Of a DNA stretch of 64,000 nucleotides, positions 1 to 11,200 are shown one piece after another. Source of the stretch: Macrostomum hystrix. Taxonomy: Eukaryota; Animalia; Platyhelminthes. The translations under genes were made by a program, and so were the position numbers. The stretch lies in assembly GCA_950097015.1 (NCBI GenBank), contig CATNEN010000025.1, positions 5,270,001 to 5,334,000 of the forward strand, in the 5' to 3' direction. The notes beneath the pieces are model-generated. The model saw nothing but the letters and a program-made list of their open reading frames with translations. It was not told the origin of the DNA and searched no databases. How positions within the stretch are numbered: position 1 is the first letter of the stretch; every line of letters begins with the position of its first letter.

Positions 1-1121
1 GTGGCGGCGATTCAAATATAGAAAAGTCTTCTTTTGAGCGATCCATTCTGTATATTTAAATAGTTGGCCTGAATACAGTGGATATGGGTTGACTGCATAG
101 CCGAGCGAGTGCCAGTGATTGAATGGCGAGCTATCTATGTCATTGTGGACGAGCTCGCTCCGCAGCTGTTCTCCAATGCGTATTTTACTCGCAATATCCA
201 TCATTTTGTGTCAATATAACAGCTATACGAGCTGCGTGTATAAAGCGGTCAGCACTGAATATCTTCTGTCTTAGCTTGCTTAGATTTTAATGAAGAATCC
301 TCTTTCTAACCCTAAGGGGGTTGGGTTCTTGTCAATTTAGCGTCACAACACGCCGCTCCCCTAGTTAATAACGTCATCTCTCTATCAAACGTCGGGCTTT
401 ACACTTCAATTCGAAATGGAGATTTCGAAACCGCAAATCGGACAGTTCGGACATTGAATATCGCTTTCAATTTCGAAGAATCTGGACAGGCCCGCCTGTG
501 TCAGTCAGGGGATTATTTGTAGGTAAAGCCTAACAGATCCTTTAGGCCCGCTGTGACTCACTGCGAACACCCCCCTCGGGGCTTCCAGAGTGAGTGGGAG
601 GGCCGCCCGACTGCACACAGACCGCGCAATGAGGCCTATCTCTTAGCATCTATATTGGGGGGGGGGTAGGTTTCAAGTTTCGCTTCGAGTATCGTCTACA
701 ATATAGTATAAGCGGATTAGCACGGATCACGACCTGCAGAATTGGTAGCTTGTATTGCCCTGCGGCCCGTTATTAACGCGCTATCGTAAAAGTAAGGCGC
801 TAAATTTAAACAGAGTATTGGCGAAGGGGCTGAGGTCCGTGCGCTAATTCATATTGCTATAAACTTGTTGGGCCACCTGAATCCTCATCTGCATGGCAGT
901 CAGAACAGGCCAGACTTCAGCTAAAGATTATGGCTGACTGGGAGTTGACTCATTTAGTTCGAGATGTATAAAATCATTATATGGCTTTTGCTGGAAGCTT
1001 CCACAGCTAAATTAAGTGTGACGAGATTGTACGCTCGTGATGGCATGCTTGTGAGATGGCTGGATGCTGAGATGGCATAGCGGTGAGATGGAACGATACT
1101 GAAATGACATGGTTGTGGGAT

Positions 1122-1489
1122 ATATTTTATATTTTATAATTGCAGGAGGGCTGCGGGCTGTGGCACATCATTCGGTGACATTAGACCCGCAGCCAGCGAG
1201 GAGGCAATTCTGCCCATTTCGCTGACTCCTGAGCACACACGCACACAGATACTGTACCCAGGCATACGCTCACACAGGTGTGTACATCTGCCCTGACTTT
1301 CTCATCGTCAGGCAGTGTACATTTCACTGTGCCTTGGAGGTTGGCCCTCAAGGGCGTAAATTGCACGACCAGCCCACAAGCCTTCTCTCCGCGGCTGCGC
1401 CGCAAATAAATGTGGCCTCGCCGTGGTGCGAAACTTAGGGACCGTGGTGCGAGAGGCAAACGCGATAACCGCTCTGCCACCGAACCCCC
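1122..1489 (-). mobile_element. Full-length tRNA-derived SINE (family B), ~368 bp, with target-site duplication
   Basis: Minus strand starts GGGGGTTCGGTGGCAGAGCGGTTATCGCGTTTGCCTCTCGCACCACGGTCCC (A-box-like TGGCAGAGCGG, tRNA-like arms) and ends CAATTATAAAATATAAAATAT. CATGGTTGTGGGAT is directly repeated at 1108-1121 and 1490-1503. Homologous copies at ~23.87k, 40.04k, 42.03k, 46.18k and 60.37k. Confidence 0.8.
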
Positions 1490-2930
1490 CATGGTTGTGG
1501 GATGGCTGCATGTTGAAATGGCATGGTTGTGAGATGGTACGATGCTGAAATGGCATGGTTGTGAGATGGTACGATGCTGAAATGCCATGGTGTTGTGAGA
1601 AGGCACGATGCTGAAATGGCATGGTGTTGTGAGAAGGCACGATGCTGAAATGCCATGGTGTTGTGAGATGGTACGATGCTGAAATGCCATGGTGTTGTGA
1701 GATGGTACGATGCTGAAATGGCATGGTGTTGTGAGATGGCACGATCCTGAAATGGCATGGTGTTGTGAGATGGCACGATGCTGAAATTGCATGGTGTTGT
1801 GAGATGGTACGATGCTGAAATGCCATGGTGTTGTGAGATGGCACGATGCTGAAATGCCATGGTGTTGTGAGATGGCACGATGCTGAAATGCCATGGTGTT
1901 GTGAGATGGCACGATGCTGAAATGGCATGGTGTTGTGAGATGGCACGATGCTGAAATGCCATGGTGTTGTGAGATGGTACGATGCTGAAATGCCATGGTG
2001 TTGTGAGATGGTACGATGCTGAAATGGCTGGTGTTGTGAGATGGCACGATCCTGAAATGGCATGGTGTTGTGAGATGGCACGATGCTGAAATGCCATGGT
2101 GTTGTGAGATGGCACGATGCTGAAATGCCATGGTGTTGTGAGATGGCACGATGCTGAAATGCCATGGTGTTGTGAGATGGTACGATGCTGAAATGGCATG
2201 GTGTTGTGAGATGGCACGATCCTGAAATGGCATGGTGTTGTGAGATGGCACGATGCTGAAATGGCATGGTGTTGTGAGATGGTACGATGCTGAAATGCCA
2301 TGGTGTTGTGAGATGGCACGATGCTGAAATGCCATGGTGTTGTGAGATGGCACGATGCTGAAATGCCATGGTGTTGTGAGATGGCACGATGCTGAAATGC
2401 CATGGTGTTGTGAGATGGCACGATGCTGAAATGCCATGGTGTTGTGAGATGGTACGATGCTGAAATGCCATGGTGTTGTGAGATGGTACGATGCTGAAAT
2501 GGCTGGTGTTGTGAGATGGCACGATGCTGAAATGCCATGGTGTTGTGAGATGGCACGATGCTGAAATGCCATGGTGTTGTGAGATGGCACGATGCTGAAA
2601 TGCCATGGTGTTGTGAGATGGTACGATGCTGAAATGGCTGGTGTTGTGAGATGGCACGATCCTGAAATGGCATGGTGTTGTGAGATGGCACGATGCTGAA
2701 ATGGCATGGTGTTGTGAGATGGTACGATGCTGAAATGCCATGGTGTTGTGAGATGGCACGATGCTGAAATGCCATGGTGTTGTGAGATGGCACGATGCTG
2801 AAATGCCATGGTGTTGTGAGATGGCACGATGCTGAAATGCCATGGTGTTGTGAGATGGCACGATGCTGAAATTGCATGGTGTTTTGAGATGACTTGATGC
2901 TGGCATGGTTATAAGATGGCACGATGTAGA
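1490..2930. repeat. 34-bp minisatellite (ATGGTGTTGTGAGATGGCACGATGCTGAAATGCC), ~42 units; degenerate units also at ~1020-1121
   Basis: Period of 34 read directly (GATGCTGAAATGCC at 2286 and 2320). The ORF track shows 34-aa periodicity cycling through all three minus frames. Confidence 0.97.
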
Positions 2931-4634
2931 CATTGTATGTTTTTTAGATCCCGAAATGAGTAAGGTTTGAGAGTTTGTGACGGCACTGTGGTTAGCTGGT
3001 ATGGTATCATGGCCATTCATTACCATTTGCACACAATTCACTTTTCTGTGTTGAACACTGACAAGCATTCTCTCGATTCCCGACTATATTATCCTTTAAA
3101 AAATGCCATTCCTCTCTAGCACCCTTCCTCCGACCAGCGAATGTAATTACCCTCCTGTTCGCCTCGACCTTCTCCGTTGGGAAAATGCCATTTCGCCTGT
3201 TGATCATTGGTGAGCCGTTTTGTTGAAATTTACATACTTTGGCTGAAGAAATTTGCATATTGCTAGTCAGGAAAAGTTTATAGCTGCATGTCCCGCTAGC
3301 AAGTCAACAGTCAAGTCAATATAATAGGAAAAATATATTTTACTGACACGTGTTGCCTGTTCAAGCGTCTAAATGTTTCCTATGTTGGATTTCTTTAATT
3401 ACACTAAATCTGAACAATATCATTGTGAGAATTTATTTTTCGAAACTTTATTTAGGCTAGGATTCGAACTCACGCAAGCAGCGAGTTTTCCTTAAGGCCG
3501 TGTACTTTAGTTGTCAATAATTCTGGTTCTTGTTTTGATGGCGCTAGTTCTATATACTTCTGGCCCTGTAGGTCCTAATACATTATGAAGTATTAGGACC
3601 TGGCCCTTGGTTATGGGAGTGAAGGTCAGCTAGATGTATTGATTTGGTTGTGCATTCGCAATTGAAAAAACAGTTTTGAGTTAATTGAGCTTGCATATAG
3701 GATTTAGCTAACTATATATTGAGTCAACACGAAACGCTTAATGAGATAGGTGCATGGAACAGCCTGCAACTCAAGAAGCAACTCGATAGCTGCTCAAGTT
3801 GATCGCATCTGTATATTATAAAGGAGCTAAACATGCATATAGCGGTTGGCATGTGTAAATTCCTAAGCTACTGCTTTACTAACACAGAGGTTAGTTCGCC
3901 CGGCCCTCATATTCCTGGACCAGAGTTCTCTTGGTGTTTCTTTCCACGACATACGTTAGCCGTTGTGAACAGTATATTTAATAGTTCCCATCTTAGTCAA
4001 TCCAGCAGTCTACAAGTTCCAGGTCTGTTTAGTTGATCATTTTGTGGGATAATATTTTAGAGAAAAAGACACATTCTCACACTTTGTCTCACACTTAAAA
4101 TACATTGATACTTTGTTCAGTGTAAAAATGATCCTTTAATCAATTATTAATTCTTGCATAATTTCCAAGCAGACATACCATGCTGGACTACAATACTATA
4201 AAAAGGTGTAAGTCAAAATACAACACAGCGAATAATTAAGCTAAGTATATTATTTTTCCGCTTTTGGAAGCAATCCTCTATAGACTGGTTCCAACATTCT
4301 TAAATTGGCTATGCACGAACAGTTGCCATAAAGGTTTAGTGTAACTCATTTCACTAAGACACTAAAGTTGAAGACCTCAAGAAAAATGCTTCACTTATCA
4401 TGAAACATCAGGCTATTCTGCAAATGCCCAATAGGTCTGTCTCTTTTCTTAGGACTCGAAGCTAAAGGACTGACACAATTTAATAATCTTTGCCTATACC
4501 TCGTATAATTCATTGTTTTGTCACACAGTTGGGGTTGGCGAAACAGATGAAAAGCCTGGTCTATAATAGGTGAGTTAAGGTGAGTCTAGTGAAGTTGTTG
4601 CAACTCTCCCAAAGCCCTTGTGTTGGGCCCTTAT

Positions 4635-4657
4635 CCAATCAGGGCGCACCCACCAAT
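4635..4657 (+). promoter_or_regulatory. Pair of CCAAT motifs in a GC-richer patch; possible distal promoter element
   Basis: CCAAT at 4635-4639 and 4653-4657, ~2.8 kb upstream of the LRR gene ATG. Motif presence only. Confidence 0.2.
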
Positions 4658-6496
4658 AGGGAGCGGCCCAGAATCCGTTCGTACCCCAAACCCACCCAAC
4701 ACGCAATGGATAGGGAGTGCTTTGGTCGTTGGTTGGCCTTATAATGAACGAAACACTTACGAAAGAAGGAGCACTCACTCTAGCTCTCTTTATTACCTGT
4801 CTAACAACTGCGAGAGGGCCTTTTTTACAGACAGGAGTAACCGAATTGAAAATTTCAAACCTCTCCCAAGCTTCTCAGCGCAATTTGAAAGGCCAAGCAA
4901 GTCTGCAGTTGTAATTATTTTCTCTGCTTTTATCTGCTTTCTATGCTTCAAGCTGCAAGTATTTCCTGCTGAAATTGCACTCAAATCGGTCTGAGACACA
5001 TACTAATGTGAGTATTTTTTCCATAGACATTTACATTTCATTCACTGCCTTTCTTTTCAAATTCACTTTCAGCCATAGACAATTCAATTCTATCTATCAA
5101 AGTTGCACTGAATCTGCAGCCTAAGCACTGGATTCCATAAATAAAAATATAGTATAAATCAAAACCGGTTGGATAAATAAATATTCAGCATTCAAAGTGG
5201 CGTAGAAAGTGTCCTGAATGGGCGCCAATTAGTCTGCTTTTATTAATATTATGCCCCTCAGCTCAGGCGGTCTCACTCCTACTCGCGAGTTTCTTCATCA
5301 GCCACCCAGCCAGCCATTTTTTACTATGCCCGCCTGATGAACTGAAGTCTTTCCGGCTTCCAAACTGAGTCACAGAAGGAAGGCCTGCCTGATCAGAGTA
5401 GAGTAGAGTAGAGTAGACTAGGGCATAGCAGAGACTGTGATTTGTTTTCTACTGGACCTTGGCCATAGGAACCGAGGGTAAGTGAGGGAAGGAAGAGGGC
5501 CCTGCTTGGCCGTCTAAATTGACTCACGCCTTTCTTTCATTCATTTCTCCCACCCAGCCTCATCCTCGTAACCCGCCCTCACTTCCCAGCTGGACGTCTT
5601 CATCAATCCTTTTTTCTTCGTCCAGCCTCCTCTCTCTATTTTAACCCCTTCTTTGGCTTTAAGCTCATTCCCCTTCATATATAGGCCTCATCTACTCAAT
5701 CTTCTTCCACTTGAAAATCCGATTTTCCACGAGATGCGTGTGTGTATGTGTTCCATGCCTCAAATTCCCCCAACGCCTTGTTGGGTTTCATCCCTCCTGC
5801 TTTGCTCCGTCTCTGTCGTCGTGCATGCCGGCACTGTGCGAAATCTCCGCTCCCACAAAATTCTAAGCGACTTAAAGACTTCCCAATAGACAAAAAATCC
5901 GCCACCAGGCCCTATAGACAGTGCGGAGGATAAGAAAACTCAATTACAACACGAGAAAAAAGCTGCCTCACAACACAAGTCTTCTTGGGGATTTGGGAAG
6001 TGTTTTTTCTCTGTCCGTTGCCTCTTCGCCGGTGTCTGTCTATTCTATAAGCCTTATTAAGCTGCCAACCTTCTACTCAGGAGCTGTGTTGGCTGTGTTA
6101 TGGGAGCACGCAAGGAACACTCACTGTGGATTCTGTTCCTGAATGCTGGGCGTTTTTTCCAAGGCGCCGGCTCTTTTGCTCCCTAAAACCCGGCCTCACC
6201 ATCTCTGCATAAAATATAATAATGCATTTGCCCACTGTCGGGCAGAGAGGGAAAGGCAGCAGAATTAAGAAGCAAAGCAGAACCAGAAACATGATTGATG
6301 ATGTCTTCCCCCTCGGCTACCGGAACCATGCCCCCATCGCGCATGCACTACACATAATATTATACTACTCTAACAAGCTCTGCCTTTGTGAGAATCTCCC
6401 ACCCAACCCACCCCATAGCTCCCCTGGCGCATTCCGTTACTTGAAGGCCGACAGATTGTGAGAAGATGAGCCAACGCAGAGGGTTTTATTTGCTAA

Positions 6497-6520
6497 CAGC
6501 AGCAGCAGCAGCAGCAGCAG
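6497..6520. repeat. (CAG)8 microsatellite; a (CTG)7 lies at 6947-6967
   Basis: Read directly from the sequence. Confidence 0.9.
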
Positions 6521-7448
6521 CGGCGGCGCCCTTAGTCCAGCCAAAGTTAGTCCAACACAAAAACACAGATCCAGCATTTGCAGCCAGAATTTCCTACTCT
6601 TATTTATCCTGAACTGCGATCTGAGCTGCAGAACCCCCCCCCCTAGTTGCCAACCAACTTCTCTGACAACGAAATTAGTTAGAGTAGCCAATATATCACT
6701 TACTCCGCAACTGCATGCCATCCAGTACAGTGTGTATTGAAGGCCTTTTGATCTGCCGATCGCATATTGACAGTAATCTAGCTTAAACTAGCTATAGCAA
6801 TAATCTGGCCTCCGGTGCAGGCCAGCTGAATACTTCCGCTGGCATTCTGATTAATCACTGAAATGGCTGCTACACTGCTCTTTCCAATCAGCTCTCTCGA
6901 TTTTTCCCCGTTGATATTTTAATTCTCTGCGCTGATCCAGGTTTTACTGCTGCTGCTGCTGCTGCTGCGGCTGACAAGCTATTGTGAGAGTTTTGTTAAT
7001 CTCGCAACACGATTCCAGAAAATTCGGCTCATTGTGGCTAACTGACTTATAACTAGTCTAGGCAATTAATTGCTAAAAATTTAGGTGCAGATTTCGGACA
7101 AATAAAATGGACAAGGGTTACTGTTTTTTTCTGCTGTGTGAATTTGTGCCTGCAAGAGCGTACCGTTACAACATTCCTTTCTGTGGGTCTTCAGTACTAT
7201 TCTCAGTCCCACGTGTGGACCTTTGGTCCAGAAGTGGCAGTTAATCTTCGGTTTGGGGAGATTTTTATTCTTGAACTAATTTCCATTTCTCTCACTTTCT
7301 CCCACTTCTCTATCTTCCTATCCCGTGCTTATAAGCAGACAATGATGTCACAGCTGTTACCGTTTCAGTGTAAAACTATGTTGACAACAAAAAGCATAAC
7401 TTTACTCTCGAATCTCGCTTCATTCCAGAACTGACAATCGGCCGTGAA

Positions 7449-8234
7449 ATGCAGCGCTGGCAACTGGCTGTCATTGTCGTCAACCTGCTCCTGCTGAGTA
7501 CCAACGATGTCGCTTTGGCCAGCATTGTCAGCTGCGGCGCCTGCGTCTGCGACCGATTGACGCTCACCTGCGACTTCGACTCGGCCAAGGATAGGCTGCC
7601 GATTAGCGACGGAGGCCAGGTGCAGCTTAGGAGGCTGATCCCATCCCCCGCCGAAATGGATTCAGCTGGAGTACTGCCTAGCAGTATCGAGGAGCTCTAT
7701 GTGAACTGCAAGAAAACTCCTCACATGCGGCAGCAGCGGCTCACCCGCGACGTCCTGGCTCACTTCTCCAGCCTAAAGAAGCTGCTCATTGTGCGCTGCG
7801 ACCTTGAAGCGATCGACGCTGATTCGCTGCAGACCATGACGCGGCTAGAAGAGTTTGACGTCAGCGATAACAATCTGAAGCAGCTGCCTACCCGCATGTT
7901 CGGCAGGCTGGTCATGCAGAAGGTGACGCTGAGCGAGAACCACCAGCTGCAGCTCAACAACTCCATGGCGTTCGCTGATCTCACACTGCAACAGTTGCTC
8001 TTAACAAGCTGCGGCCTGACCGAGTTTCCCACGGAGGCCCTGAGGCAGATTCGGGATCTGAAGATGCTGATTCTATCTAATAATGAGATCAGCGTAGTGC
8101 CCCAAACTGCGAAATATTTCCTTAGCGAGCTGACCGTGTTTTACCTGGACAGCAATCCGCTGCACTGCGGCTGCGCCAACCGCTGGCTGCGCGAGTTCAT
8201 CAACTGGAACACCGTGTCACCCGAAGCTTCCCGG
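7449..8234 (+). CDS. Exon 1 (262 codons) of an LRR + Ig-like single-pass membrane receptor: signal peptide, LRRNT, ~6 LRRs, first half of LRRCT
   Basis: Signal-peptide-like start MQRWQLAVIVVNLLLLS. Cys-rich cap SCGACVC..LTC. LRR motifs such as LEEFDVSDNNLKQLP, LKMLILSNNEISVVP and LTVFYLDSNPLHCGC. Donor CGG|GTGAGC at 8234/8235, phase 0. Confidence 0.92.
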
Positions 8235-11200
8235 GTGAGCTCAGCCCATCCTCTGTCATGGTCTTTAAAACCATTAGAGGACGGAGGAGATAAAATTCAA
8301 GTTTAGGGGATAACATTCAAACTGAGGGAAGAACGTTCAAACTGAGGGGAGAACATTCAAACTGAGGGAAGAACGTTCAAACTGGGGGGAGAACATTCAA
8401 ACTGAGGGGATAGCATTCAAACTGAGGGGATAGCATTCAAACTGAGGGAAGAACGTTCAAACTGAGGGGAGAACATTCAGATTCTGAAGGATAGCATTCA
8501 AACTGAGGGGATAACATTCAAACTGAGGGGATAGCATTCAAACTGAGGGGATAACATTCAAACTCAGGGGATAACATTCAAACTGAGGGGATAGCATTCA
8601 AACTGAGGGGATAGCATTCAAACTGAGGGGATAGCATTCAAACTGAGGGGATAGCTTTCAAACTGAGGGGATAGCATTCAAACTGAGGGGATAGCATTCA
8701 AACTGAGGGGATAGCATTCAAACTGAGGGGATAGCATTCAAGCTGAGGGGATAGCTTTCAAACTGAGGGGATAGCATTCAAACTGAGGGGATAGCATTCA
8801 AACTGAGGGGATAGCATTCAAACTGAGGGGATAGCATTCAAACTGAGGGGATAGCTTTCAAACTGAGGGGATAGCATTCAAACTGAGGGGATAGCTTTCA
8901 AACTGAGGGGATAGCATTCAAACTAAGGGGATAGCATTCAAACTGAGGGGATAGCTTTCAAACTGAGGGGATAGCATTCAAACTGAGGGGATAGCATTCA
9001 AACTGAGGGGATAGCATTCAAACTGAGGGGATAACATTCAAACTGAGGGGATAGCATTCAAACTGAGGGGAGAACATTCAAACTGAGGGGATAACATTCA
9101 AACTCAGGGGATAGCATTCAAACTGAGGGGATAGCATTCAAACTGAGGGGATAACATTCAGATGCTGAAGAGATAACATTCAAACTGAGGGGATAGCATT
9201 CAAACTGAGGGGATAGCATTCAAACTGAGGGGATAGCATTCAAACTGAGGGGATAGCATTCAAACTGAGGGGATAGCATTCAAACTGAGGGGATAACATT
9301 CAGATGCTGAAGAGATAACATTCAAACTGAGGGGATAACATTCAAACTGAGGGGATAACATTCAAACTGAGGGGATAACATTCAAACTGAGGGGATAACA
9401 TTCAAACTGAGGGGATAACATTCAAACTCAGGGGATAACATTCAAACTGAGGGGATAACATTCAGATTCTGAAGGATAGCATTCAAACTCAGGGGATAGC
9501 ATTCAAACTGAGGGGATAGCATTCAAACTGAGGGGATAACATTCAGATGCTGAAGAGATAACATTCAAACTGAGGGGATAGCATTCAAACTGAGGGGATA
9601 GCATTCAAACTGAGGGGATAGCATTCAAACTGAGGGGATAGCATTCAAACTGAGGGGATAGCATTCAAACTGAGGGGATAGCATTCAAACTGAGGGGATA
9701 GCATTCAAACTGAGGGGATAGCATTCAAACTGAGGGGATAGCATTCAAACTGAGGGGATAACATTCAGATGCTGAAGAGATAACATTCAAACTGAGGGGA
9801 TAACATTCAAACTGAGGGGATAGCATTCAAACTGAGGGGATAGCATTCAAACTGAGGGGATAGCATTCAAACTGAGGGGATAGCATTCAAACTGAGGGGA
9901 TAGCATTAAAACTGAGGGGATAGCATTCAAACTGAGGGGATACCATTCAAAATTAAGGGGATAGCTTTCAAACTGAGGGGATAGCATTCAAACTGAGGGG
10001 ATAGCATTCAAACTGAGGGGATAGCATTCAAACTGAGGGGAGAACATTCAAACTGAGGGGAGAACATTCAAACTAAGGGGATAACATTCAAACTCAGGGG
10101 ATAGCATTCAAACTGAGGGGATAGCTTTCAAACTGAGGGGATAGCATTCAAACTGAGGGGATAGCTTTCAAACTGAGGAGATAACATTCAGATTCTGAAG
10201 GATAGCATTCAAACTGAGGGGATAGCTTTCAAACTGAGGGGATAGCATTCAAACTGAGGGGATAGCATTCAAACTGAGGGGATAGCATTCAAACTGAGGG
10301 GATAGCATTTAAACTGAGGGGATAGCATTCAAACTGAGGGGATAACATTCAAACTGAGGGGATAGCATTCAAACTGAGGGGATAGCATTCAAACTGAGGG
10401 GATAGCATTCAAACTGAAGGGATAACATTCAGATGCTGAAGAGATAACATTCAAACTGAGGGGATAACATTCAAACTGAGGGGATAGCATTCAAACTGAG
10501 GGGATAGCATTCAAACTGAGGGGATAGCATTCAAACTGAGGGGATAACATTCAGATGCTGAAGAGATAACATTCAAAACTGAGGGGATAACATTCAAACT
10601 GAGGGGATAGCATTCAAACTGAGGGGATAACATTCAGATGCTGAAGAGATAACATTCAAACTGAGGGGATAACATTCAAACTGAGGGGATAGCATTCAAA
10701 CTGAGGGGATAACATTCAGATGCTGAAGAGATAACATTCAAACTGAGGGGATAACATTCAAACTGAGGGGATAGCATTCAAACTGAGGGGATAACATTCA
10801 AACTCAGGGGATAACATTCAAACTGAGGGGATAGCATTCAAACTGAGGGGATAACATTCAAACTGAGGGGATAACATTCAAACTGAGGGGATAACATTCA
10901 AACTGAGGGGATAACATTCAGATGCTGAAGAGATAACATTCAAACTGAGGGGATAACATTCAAACTGAGGGGATAGCATTCAAACTGAGGGGATAACATT
11001 CAAACTGAGGGGATAGCATTCAAACTGAGGGGATAACATTCAAACTCAGGGGATAACATTCAAACTGAAGGGATAACATTCAAACTGAGGGGATAGCATT
11101 CAAACTGAGGGGATAGCATTCAAACTGAGGGGATAGCATTCAAACTGAGGGGATAGCATTCAAACTGAGGGGATAACATTCAGATGCTGAAGAGATAACA

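Noticed and set aside
1-1000. Possible TE coding remnant or telomeric seed (TAACCCTAA near 306)
   Set aside because: No ORF, no recognisable RT or transposase motif, and only one telomere-like unit.
1290-1325. Possible hammerhead ribozyme in SINE B (CTGACGA-TGA-GAAA-GTC on minus)
   Set aside because: Only 3 nt between the core boxes (no stem II), no stem III, and stem I does not pair at the cleavage site. A simple hairpin explains it.
1181-3068. Three long minus-strand ORFs (495-586 aa)
   Set aside because: All three frames give the same permuted 34-aa peptide, the signature of a stop-free 34-bp tandem repeat. The same applies to ORFs at 20k, 21.6k, 24.5k, 30.4k, 32k, 37.7-44k, 44.3k, 47k, 48.5k, 50.3k and 54.6-63.9k.
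3455-3490. Isolated tRNA B-box-like string (CGTGAGTTCGAATCC on minus)
   Set aside because: No A-box or cloverleaf found nearby; at most a decayed fragment.
4575-4999. Cluster of short ORFs (65-124 aa)
   Set aside because: Overlapping on both strands, no domain motifs, no splice support.
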